Origin: an uncultured Arcobacter sp.
GTDB taxonomy: Bacteria; Campylobacterota; Campylobacteria; Campylobacterales; Arcobacteraceae
Assembly (NCBI GenBank): GCA_965140705.1
Contig: OZ223300.1
Span: forward strand, 800,001-864,000
Length of the DNA: 64,000 bases
Direction: 5' to 3'
Position 1 is the stretch's first letter, and each line of letters opens with the position of its first letter. Shown piece after piece: positions 40,103-48,761 of this stretch. The position numbers and the translations under genes were made by a program. The notes under the pieces are model-generated. The model saw nothing but the letters and a program-made list of their open reading frames with translations, searched no databases and had not been told where the DNA came from.

Positions 40103-40951
40103 ATGACTAAATTAAATGAAAAAATAGAACTTGGAGTAATGAATACTCTAAGAGTAAATAGATTAACAGAGCCTGGAATATATTTAGAAGCTTTAGATGA
40201 AGAAGTTGTACTATTACCAAATGCATATATAAGAAGTGATATGGAAATAGGATCATTAGTAGATGTGTTTATATATACAGATTCAGAAGATAGATTGGTT
40301 GCAACTACACTTAAACCATATGCAATGAAAAATGAGTATGCTTGTTTAGAAGTTGTAGATACTACTAGATTTGGTGCTTTTGTTGACATTGGACTTCCAA
40401 AAGATTTACTTGTACCTATAAATAGACAAACTTCAACTTATAGTGTTGGAGCTAGAAAAGTTTTAAGAGTAATTGAAGATGAAAAAACTCAAAGATTAAT
40501 TGCAACAGAAAAATTCACTAAATTTTTATCAAAAGATATAGTTGGCTTAGAAAAAAATGATGAGGTAATGATTCTTTTATATTCAAAAACACCATTAGGT
40601 TATAAAGTAATAGTAAATAATTTATATGAGGGAATGATTTTTCACACAGAGATTTTTGAAAATATTAATGTGGGTGATTTAAAAAAAGCCTATATAAAAA
40701 ATATAAGAGATGATGGTAAACTAGATTTATCTTTGCAAAAGATTGGTCAAAAAAAATCTGGAGATAATTCTCAAAGAGTTTTAGAAGTTTTAAATGAAAA
40801 TAATGGAAAAATAAACTTTACATATAAAAGTGAAGCAGAAGATATTATGAAAGTATTTGCTATGAGTAAAAAGGCTTTTAAAGCAGCACTTACAGAATTG
40901 ATATCAAAAGAAAAGATTAAATTAGAAGATAATTGTATAAGGATAAAATAA
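40103..40951 (+). CDS. CvfB/YitL-family S1 RNA-binding protein
   Basis: VFIYTDSEDRLVAT, GAFVDIGLPKDLLVP, RDDGKLDLSL and MSKKAFKAAL motifs. Confidence 0.9.
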   Translation: MTKLNEKIELGVMNTLRVNRLTEPGIYLEALDEEVVLLPNAYIRSDMEIGSLVDVFIYTDSEDRLVATTLKPYAMKNEYACLEVVDTTRFGAFVDIGLPKDLLVPINRQTSTYSVGARKVLRVIEDEKTQRLIATEKFTKFLSKDIVGLEKNDEVMILLYSKTPLGYKVIVNNLYEGMIFHTEIFENINVGDLKKAYIKNIRDDGKLDLSLQKIGQKKSGDNSQRVLEVLNENNGKINFTYKSEAEDIMKVFAMSKKAFKAALTELISKEKIKLEDNCIRIK

Positions 40952-41019
40952 AAATCTAATTAAGATAATTTTTATCCTATTTAAATATAATTACATCAAA
41001 AATTTAAAGAAGGATTAAT

Positions 41020-41544
41020 ATGGCAACAACTAAATTACAAGGTAATATAATAAACTTGTTAGGGAATGAAGTAAATGTTGGTGATAAAGCTCCAGTTGTA
41101 AATGTTGTTGGACAAGATTTAAAAGATATTGAAGTTGGAAATAAAGCACAAATTGTAATTATAGTTCCATCATTAGATACTCCTGTATGTGCAGCAGAAA
41201 CTAGAAAATTCAATGAAGAAGCAGTAAATTCAAATGCTGAAGCTGTAGTTGTATCTATGGATTTACCATTTGCAATGGGAAGATTTTGTACAACTGAGGG
41301 AATTGAAAACTTAAAAGTTGCATCAGATTTTAGAAATAAAGATTTAGCAAACTCTTATGGTGTATTAATAGGTGATGGTCCATTAGCTGGAATCACATGT
41401 AGAGCAGTTTTTGTAATTGATGCAAATGGAATAGTAAGATACAAAGAAATATGTGAAGATATAAGTGATGAACCAAATTATGAAGCAGCACTTAATGCAG
41501 TAAAAGAAGTTACAGAAACTTCTTGTTGTGGAACTTGTCATTAA
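41020..41544 (+). CDS. tpx: Thiol peroxidase
   Basis: VPSLDTPVC, SMDLPFAMGRFC, RAVFV and EPNY motifs. Confidence 0.95.
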   Translation: MATTKLQGNIINLLGNEVNVGDKAPVVNVVGQDLKDIEVGNKAQIVIIVPSLDTPVCAAETRKFNEEAVNSNAEAVVVSMDLPFAMGRFCTTEGIENLKVASDFRNKDLANSYGVLIGDGPLAGITCRAVFVIDANGIVRYKEICEDISDEPNYEAALNAVKEVTETSCCGTCH

Positions 41545-41604
41545 TCAATGAATTAAGTTGAAAAATCTCATACAATCTCTTAATTAATTTTAGGAGATTG
41601 TATT

Positions 41605-42795
41605 ATGAAAAACTGGTATAACAAGTTTATATCTCAACCCCATCAACCATTTTTTACAAGTGGTATTATTTTTTTATTGCTTTTTATCTTAACTATTTTT
41701 TTAAACTATTCAAATCTTGTTACTATTAAAGTACCTCTATTGATATTTCATGCATATGCTTTACTTTTTGTAGTATTTATTCAACTTTTTTTAGGTTTTT
41801 TATTTGTTGTATTTCCAAAATTTTTAGTGCAAGCAGATATTAAAAAAGAAGTTTATTCAAAACAAGCTATTTTATATTTTATTGGTTCTTTAATATTTTT
41901 TATATCAATATTTACAAGTGAAATTTTAAATATATTTTCAATATTTTTTCTTTTTTGTGTTCAATTGAGCAGTTTCAAGATTTTGTATAATATTCATATA
42001 AAATCAACTGTAAAAATTAAAAAAGATACTTTATGGATACTTATTTCATTTGCTTGTGGACTTTTTGCAAATTTACTATTTATTTTTTCTTTTATTTCTT
42101 CAGATTATTCAAGTACACTACGACAGCTATCTATAAATAGTGGATTTTATCTTTTTATTTTTATGCTAATTTTTGCTATTGCACAGAGAATGGTGCCATT
42201 TTTCTCTTCAGCTAAAATTGAAGGATATGTAATAAATAAATCAAAATATATTTTAGAAATAGTATTTGTTTTTTTAGTTTTGAAAATGCTTATTTTAACT
42301 TTTTTACCAAGTACATATAATTTGATTAGTGATATTCCTCTTTTTATAATATTTACAAATGAATTAATAAAATGGAAATTTTCATTCAAAAAAGTAAGTG
42401 CCATTATGTGGATTTTGTATCTTTCTTTATATTGGATTCCCATTGGATTTTTTCTTTCAATTGTACAATCAATAATAAATATTTTTGATAATTCAATTGT
42501 TTTTGAACAAAGTATTATTCATATATTTGCTTTAGGATATTTTTGTACTATTTTATTAGGATTTGGAACAAGAGTCACCTTAGGACATTCTGGAGCCATT
42601 CCAACTGCCAATAGATTTACAGTTATTTTATATCTTATTTTTCAAGTAGTTGTACTATTGAGACTATTTACAGCATATAGTATAAATTTTGGTTTTGATT
42701 ATTTATTTTTTATAAACCTAAGTGCTATACTATTTTTACTTGTCTTTATTTTATGGTCATCAAAATATATTGTAATACTTCTAAAAGGAAAATAG
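41605..42795 (+). CDS. nnrS: NnrS-family NO-response membrane protein
   Basis: QPHQPFF, HA...GFLF, RMVPFF, H...LG and RVTLGHSG motifs; about 12 TM segments. Confidence 0.85.
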   Translation: MKNWYNKFISQPHQPFFTSGIIFLLLFILTIFLNYSNLVTIKVPLLIFHAYALLFVVFIQLFLGFLFVVFPKFLVQADIKKEVYSKQAILYFIGSLIFFISIFTSEILNIFSIFFLFCVQLSSFKILYNIHIKSTVKIKKDTLWILISFACGLFANLLFIFSFISSDYSSTLRQLSINSGFYLFIFMLIFAIAQRMVPFFSSAKIEGYVINKSKYILEIVFVFLVLKMLILTFLPSTYNLISDIPLFIIFTNELIKWKFSFKKVSAIMWILYLSLYWIPIGFFLSIVQSIINIFDNSIVFEQSIIHIFALGYFCTILLGFGTRVTLGHSGAIPTANRFTVILYLIFQVVVLLRLFTAYSINFGFDYLFFINLSAILFLLVFILWSSKYIVILLKGK

Positions 42796-42864
42796 TAATT
42801 TTCTAAACTACACATTTTCTTAACATATTTAAAATAAAATAAAAAATGAAATAAAGGATATGTT

Positions 42865-43806
42865 ATGAAAATAAATGAAAATGAAATAACTCCAAAAGAA
42901 CTATTTGAAGATAGAAGAAAGTTTATAAAATTAGGTGCTGCTTCAGTAGTAGCAAGTTCTACTTTGATGGAACTTATGGCAAAAGAGAATTTGCCAACAC
43001 CAAATTTAACATATAAAAAAGATATTAATAGTGAACACCTTAAGTTAAATAGTTTTGAACAAATCACTTCTTATAATAATTTTTATGAATTTACTACTTC
43101 AAAAAAAGATGTAAAATATATGGCTCATACTTTGAAACCAAGCCCATGGGCTATAGAGATTGATGGACTTGTTGAAAAACCATTTACAATTGATATAAAA
43201 GATTTGATTAGTTCAAATCCTTTGGAAGAGAGAATTTATAGATTTAGATGTGTTGAGGGCTGGTCGATGGTTGTTCCATGGGTTGGTTTTGAACTCGCTA
43301 AATTTATAAAAAAATGTAAACCTTTAAGTGATGCAAAATATGTAAGGTTTGAAACTAAATATGACCAAGAGATGTTCCCTGACCAAGAAAGGAGTGTTGT
43401 TTTTGCAAATATTAAAAACTATCCTTATGTGGAAGGTCTTAGAATGGATGAAGCCATGAATCCTCTTACAATATTGGCAGTAGGTCTTTATGGGAAAACT
43501 TTAGAGAATCAAAATGGAGCTCCTATTAGATTAGTAGTACCTTGGAAATATGGATTTAAATCAATAAAATCAATTGCAAAAATATCGTTTGTAAAAGAAC
43601 AGCCTTTAAATACTTGGCAAGATATTGCTTCAAATGAGTATGGCTTTTATGCAAATGTTAACCCTAAAGTTGACCATCCAAGATGGAGTCAAGCAAGGGA
43701 AAGAGTTTTGGGTAAATTTTTAAAACAAGATACTTTGATGTTCAATGGTTATGAAAAAGAAGTTGCTTATATGTATAAAGGAATGGATTTAAGAAAGAAC
43801 TTTTAA
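42865..43806 (+). CDS. msrP: Methionine sulfoxide reductase catalytic subunit (Mo, Tat-exported)
   Basis: DRRKFIK twin-arginine signal, YNNFYEF, RFRCVEGWS, NGAPIRLVVPWKYGFKSIK and HPRWSQA. Confidence 0.95.
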   Translation: MKINENEITPKELFEDRRKFIKLGAASVVASSTLMELMAKENLPTPNLTYKKDINSEHLKLNSFEQITSYNNFYEFTTSKKDVKYMAHTLKPSPWAIEIDGLVEKPFTIDIKDLISSNPLEERIYRFRCVEGWSMVVPWVGFELAKFIKKCKPLSDAKYVRFETKYDQEMFPDQERSVVFANIKNYPYVEGLRMDEAMNPLTILAVGLYGKTLENQNGAPIRLVVPWKYGFKSIKSIAKISFVKEQPLNTWQDIASNEYGFYANVNPKVDHPRWSQARERVLGKFLKQDTLMFNGYEKEVAYMYKGMDLRKNF

Positions 43807-44348
43807 TGAAAGTAATTATTTTTATACTATTAATTTTGCCATCATTTATTTTGGGGTATCAAGTTTTTATAGTACAAGATCTTATTGATCCAATAAAATA
43901 TATCTATACTGTAACAGGTGCAATTGCAATGGTTTTACTCTTTTTTTCAATAACTATTTCACTTATACGAAAAAAAGTAAATCTAATCTCTTATAGGAAG
44001 ATGATAGGACTTTTTGGATTTTATTATGTCTTTCTACATTTTTTAAATTTTGTAATTTTGGATATGGAAGTTGATTTTACAAAAGTGATAAAAGAGACTT
44101 TAGAAAAACCATTTATTTATCTAGGAATGATATCTTTTTTTCTTTTATTATTTATGACCGTTACATCATTTGGAAAACTTTTTAAACTATATTTTAAATA
44201 TCATAAAGTCATATATATAGTTTTAATATTCTCAACTATTCATTTTGTCATGGCCCAAAAAGTATTATCTATTTCTCAAATGGGATATTTACTAATTATT
44301 ATTATAATTGGACTTTTTAAATTTAAACAAAGAGTAAAACTAAATTAA
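43806..44348 (+). CDS. msrQ: Heme-binding membrane subunit of MsrPQ
   Basis: RKMIGLFGFYYVFLH and H-x-x-IY...IHF motifs; translationally coupled to msrP. Confidence 0.85.
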   Translation: MKVIIFILLILPSFILGYQVFIVQDLIDPIKYIYTVTGAIAMVLLFFSITISLIRKKVNLISYRKMIGLFGFYYVFLHFLNFVILDMEVDFTKVIKETLEKPFIYLGMISFFLLLFMTVTSFGKLFKLYFKYHKVIYIVLIFSTIHFVMAQKVLSISQMGYLLIIIIIGLFKFKQRVKLN

Positions 44349-46001
44349 CTTACTCTTTTTTATATAATCAGCTACTCTAAATGAGTTTGCAAATATTGTC
44401 CAAGTATAAGGAACACTTCCTCCTGTAGGCATAAAGCTTCCATCTGTGACAAAAAGGTTTTCTATATCATGGCTTTGACAATATTTGTTTAAGACAGATT
44501 TTTTAGGGTCATTACCAAATCTACAACCACCAGCTTGTAAGTTTGCAGAAGGAAGTGGTGAAATATCACTTTTAATATCACGAGCTCCCATTTGTTTTAG
44601 TACATCTATTGCTTTTTGGGCTAAGAAGTTTCCAACTTTTACATCTTGAGGATGGGCACCAATTCTAATTGTTGCAACGGGGACCCCATATTTATCTTTA
44701 TACTTTTTATCTATACTTACAAAACAATCATCATTTGGCATCCAGTCTGTAAAAATTTCAAAATTTAGAACCCTTGATTTTGTAAAATTTTTGTATATTT
44801 TATCTTGTAACTCTTCCCCAAACAAAAGATTACCATTGTCATCAGATTTTAATCTTAATGCTTTTCTTATTGGATTTGCATGGTCAAATAGAAAATCTAT
44901 AGTTCCACCTTTAAACTCTTTTGTAAAATACCAATCTTGCAAACCTCTATTTACGAAAAAGCCAGTTTCAAATAACTTATCCTTGCTTAATATTTTTGTA
45001 TCAATAATAGCACTTCCTTGTCCACCACCTGTAAAAAGCATATTTTTACCAACTTGCCCAGATGAGTTTGCTAAACCATTTGTAAAATCACTATTTTTTG
45101 AGTTTAAAAGAAGCCTTGAACTTTCTACTGCTTGAGTTGCTACAACAAAAAGTTTTGCTTCAACTGTTTTTTCTATTTTATCCTTTGTATAATATACAGC
45201 CTTTTTTATCTTTTTATTTTTATTTGTAAGAAGTTTAAATACAAAGGCGTTTGGTATTATTGTTATATTTGTACTATTTATTATAGGTTGTATTAAAGAA
45301 GCTCTTGAACTTCCTTTTGCTCCACTTGAACAACAATAAGAACCACAATAGTTTGAATAATAACAGGCATTTCTTTTATCTTTATTTTGTGAAATAATTG
45401 CCCTTGGAACTTTATATGAAACATAATCTAATTCTTCACAGGCTTTATCTATTAAATCAACTATTGGGTGTTCTTTTAATCTTGGATAAGCATAGTTTTT
45501 ACTACTTCTTGGTTCTGCATGTTCGTATTTTGTATATTCCCCTGATACTCCAATGACTTTTTCGATCATATCATAATATGGTTCTAATTCATCATAAGAG
45601 ATTGGCCAATCAACAACATTGGCACCTTTATATTTACCAAAAGTTGATTTTAATTTAAAATCTTTTGGCTTAAGTCTATGAAAATATCCACTCATAAAAT
45701 TTGATGAACCACCTAATATATTCCCATTCCAAAAACTCCAGCCAGTTTCATATGTAGGAAATTTATACCATTTGCCATCGATTTTTTCTTCTATTACATG
45801 GTATTCGTCTTTTAGGTTTGGAGTAAATATATCCCTTCTTGAGTAGGCTATCTCATCTTTTGAGAAATCTTTTTCTGTGTATATATCACCTTTTTCTAAG
45901 ATTAATACTTTTTTACCTTCTTTTGCAAGGGTATAAGCTATTGGTCCAGCACCAGCTCCACTTCCTATTATACATACATCATATATCAATTTTTGCTCCA
46001 T
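44340..46001 (-). CDS. GMC-family flavoprotein oxidoreductase (gluconate 2-dehydrogenase alpha-like)
   Basis: GSGAGAG, GGSS, DWPISYDELEPYY, C-x-x-x-x-x-C-x-x-x-CC cluster, GGCRFG and NLFVTDGS. Confidence 0.9.
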   Translation of the reverse strand: MEQKLIYDVCIIGSGAGAGPIAYTLAKEGKKVLILEKGDIYTEKDFSKDEIAYSRRDIFTPNLKDEYHVIEEKIDGKWYKFPTYETGWSFWNGNILGGSSNFMSGYFHRLKPKDFKLKSTFGKYKGANVVDWPISYDELEPYYDMIEKVIGVSGEYTKYEHAEPRSSKNYAYPRLKEHPIVDLIDKACEELDYVSYKVPRAIISQNKDKRNACYYSNYCGSYCCSSGAKGSSRASLIQPIINSTNITIIPNAFVFKLLTNKNKKIKKAVYYTKDKIEKTVEAKLFVVATQAVESSRLLLNSKNSDFTNGLANSSGQVGKNMLFTGGGQGSAIIDTKILSKDKLFETGFFVNRGLQDWYFTKEFKGGTIDFLFDHANPIRKALRLKSDDNGNLLFGEELQDKIYKNFTKSRVLNFEIFTDWMPNDDCFVSIDKKYKDKYGVPVATIRIGAHPQDVKVGNFLAQKAIDVLKQMGARDIKSDISPLPSANLQAGGCRFGNDPKKSVLNKYCQSHDIENLFVTDGSFMPTGGSVPYTWTIFANSFRVADYIKKSKLI

Positions 46002-46473
46002 ATTTTCTTTTGGGTCTTGGAATTCCAGGTTTATGATTTAATGCCATCCATCCTGATTGAAATTTATTTCCACCATAAATTGGGTCACTAAGCATGGCTT
46101 CGATTCCATAATAAACTAAGCTATTTAACCATGAGTTTCCGTATTCACTCTCATTGGCTTGTTTTACAATTTCTATTTTTTCAGCTTTTGTTGCTTTAAA
46201 AAATTTAGGAAAAGTCTCATTGAAAACTTGTGCTCCATTTAAAATAAGTTCTAAATCGTCTTTATCAAAACTATAGTGGTCGATATTTTGTTTTAAATAT
46301 GCAACACTGCCAAATTCTTTAGCACTTGGCATTTTGGAAGTTTTTGGTAGAAGTATATTTTGTACTTCTAAAATAGTTGTCCAAATTTTATCATCAACAT
46401 CTTTTGCCATCATGTAACTATTTACAATAATAGGTGTAAGTGAGCTTAGTTTTATAAATGTTCTTCTTTTCAT
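45979..46473 (-). CDS. Gluconate 2-dehydrogenase subunit-3-family Tat protein
   Basis: KRRTFIK twin-arginine signal, PSA, EAMLSDPIYGGN and GW motifs. Confidence 0.88.
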   Translation of the reverse strand: MKRRTFIKLSSLTPIIVNSYMMAKDVDDKIWTTILEVQNILLPKTSKMPSAKEFGSVAYLKQNIDHYSFDKDDLELILNGAQVFNETFPKFFKATKAEKIEIVKQANESEYGNSWLNSLVYYGIEAMLSDPIYGGNKFQSGWMALNHKPGIPRPKRKYGAKIDI

Positions 46474-46604
46474 AGTTTTATCTTATATAAAATTTGTAAA
46501 TTTTTTGTGTAGTAATTATTATATCATATGCTTAGATTTTTACTATTTAATAAAGCACTTTATGATACTATTCGCAAATGACAAATAAAATGAATATATA
46601 CTAA

Positions 46605-48647
46605 ATGCCCTTATCTAATCTAAACGAAGAACAATTAGCAGCTGCCACATGTGAACCAGGCTTTAACCTTATTATTGCAAGTGCAGGGACTGGAAAAACA
46701 TCCACTATTGTTGGAAGAATTGCTACCTTACTTAATGGTGGAGTTAAGCCTTCTGAAATAATACTTTTGACTTTTACAAATAAAGCTGCCCAAGAGATGG
46801 TACAAAGGGTTTCTAAATTTTTTGGAAAAGAGACAGCTGGTGCTATTATGGCTGGAACTTTTCATAGTGTAAGTTATAAGTTAATAAAACAATTACAAGT
46901 AAATATTACACTGAAACAACCAAATGAATTAAAAACACTTTTTAAATCTATTTATGAAAAAAGAGTTTTTTTTGAAAGGGATGATTCTACAAGTCCTTAT
47001 GATGGTGGCTATTTATATGATATTTATTCCCTATATTTAAACTCTAAAAATAATGAAGAGTTTGGTGATTGGATAGTTGAAAAAAATGCTGGACATGAGA
47101 TTTATACAGATATTTATGAAGATGTAATCAAAGAGTTTCATATATTAAAAAAAGAGTATGGTTATGCAAATTTTGATGATTTATTAACTATTATGCTTGA
47201 ATTACTCAAAAATAATGAGTTTGATTTTAAAGAAATACTTGTGGATGAATATCAAGACACAAACCCTTTACAAGGAAAATTACTAGAAGCTTTTAAGCCT
47301 AAATCTCTTTTTTGTGTAGGTGATTATGACCAGAGTATTTATGCTTTTAATGGTTCAGATATTGGAATTATCTCTACTTTTGCCAATAGATATGATGGGG
47401 CAAAAGTTTTTACTCTTAGAAAAAACTATCGTTCAACCAAACCTATTTTACAACTAGCAACAAAAGTGATTGAACATAATGAAAGAATTTATGATAAAAA
47501 CCTTGAAGTAGTGAGACAAGATGCAGAGCATTCACCAAGATTATTAACTTTTAGTGAACTTTTTGATCAATATGAACATATTTCAAAACTTATAAGTCAA
47601 AGCACAACTCCACATAGTGAAATAGCAATTATTTTTAGAAATAATTCAAGTGCTGATGGAATAGAAGCAAATTTAAGGGAGTTCTCAATACCTGCTAAAA
47701 GAAAAGGTGGAAAGAGTTTTTTTGAAGCTGCTGAGGTAAAATTTGTATTAGATATTATTACTTTAATGAAAAGTCACAATGATATGATGGCAGCCATTCA
47801 TATTTTAGAGTATGGAAAAGGAATAGGAAAAGCCATTGCAAAAGATTTATTTGATGCTTTGATGAAATTAGGTCATGGGGATTTATTTCAAGGACTATTT
47901 AATCCAGATCCAAATATAAAAAATCCATATGAATCAACAAAAACAAAAAATGTTCAGCTAGGACTTTTTGATGATTTTGCTGAGTTAGGTTCAGTTTCTA
48001 AATTCAAAGATTGTGGTTTTGATGAAAAATTTTTAGGTAATCCAATTTTAAAGCATCCCAAACTTAGTGTTGAAGGTGGAGAATTTTTATTTGAATTTTA
48101 TTTGATAGTAAAAGATTTAAAAAGAATAAAAAATCCAAGAAGTGCCATTGATCATATTTTTAAATCAAACTTGTATGACCACTTGATAGAGATGTTGTCT
48201 ACAAAAAGAGCTACAAGAAAAGATGGACAAGTAGATTCTTCTATGAAACAGACTTCAATAGTAAGAATAAATAGAAAAATTACTTTATTAAAATCTTTGT
48301 CTTACAATTATAGTGATATAGAGAAGTTCATAAATGCTATGGTTTTAGGTGGTAGTGAGATGAGTGAAGGTGATGGTGTAAATCTACTTTCCGTTCATGC
48401 ATCAAAGGGCTTAGAATTTAAAGAAGTTTATGTAATAGATTTGATGAATGGAAGATTCCCAAATCAAAAACTAATAGCAAAAGGTGGAAGTATAGAAGAA
48501 GAGAGAAGACTGTTTTATGTGGCAGTTACAAGGGCAAAAGATATTTTGTATCTCTCTTATGCAAAGTATGATAAAGTAAAAAAATTAAGTTTTGTACACT
48601 CTCAATTTTTAAAAGAAGCAGGCTTAATAAAAGATGATACAGAATAA
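46605..48647 (+). CDS. UvrD/Rep-family ATP-dependent DNA helicase
   Basis: ASAGTGKT, LTFTNKAA, VDEYQD, VGDYDQSIY, NYRS, HASKGLEF and EERRLFYVAVTRA motifs. Confidence 0.95.
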   Translation: MPLSNLNEEQLAAATCEPGFNLIIASAGTGKTSTIVGRIATLLNGGVKPSEIILLTFTNKAAQEMVQRVSKFFGKETAGAIMAGTFHSVSYKLIKQLQVNITLKQPNELKTLFKSIYEKRVFFERDDSTSPYDGGYLYDIYSLYLNSKNNEEFGDWIVEKNAGHEIYTDIYEDVIKEFHILKKEYGYANFDDLLTIMLELLKNNEFDFKEILVDEYQDTNPLQGKLLEAFKPKSLFCVGDYDQSIYAFNGSDIGIISTFANRYDGAKVFTLRKNYRSTKPILQLATKVIEHNERIYDKNLEVVRQDAEHSPRLLTFSELFDQYEHISKLISQSTTPHSEIAIIFRNNSSADGIEANLREFSIPAKRKGGKSFFEAAEVKFVLDIITLMKSHNDMMAAIHILEYGKGIGKAIAKDLFDALMKLGHGDLFQGLFNPDPNIKNPYESTKTKNVQLGLFDDFAELGSVSKFKDCGFDEKFLGNPILKHPKLSVEGGEFLFEFYLIVKDLKRIKNPRSAIDHIFKSNLYDHLIEMLSTKRATRKDGQVDSSMKQTSIVRINRKITLLKSLSYNYSDIEKFINAMVLGGSEMSEGDGVNLLSVHASKGLEFKEVYVIDLMNGRFPNQKLIAKGGSIEEERRLFYVAVTRAKDILYLSYAKYDKVKKLSFVHSQFLKEAGLIKDDTE

Positions 48648-48761
48648 TTATAGCTTCAATAAATAAACTATTTTTAAGACTAAGTTAATAATCAGTTAAT
48701 TAGTAATAACATATTATTAATTATAAATAAATTACTTTTAATTTTTTTAAGGTTATATAAT

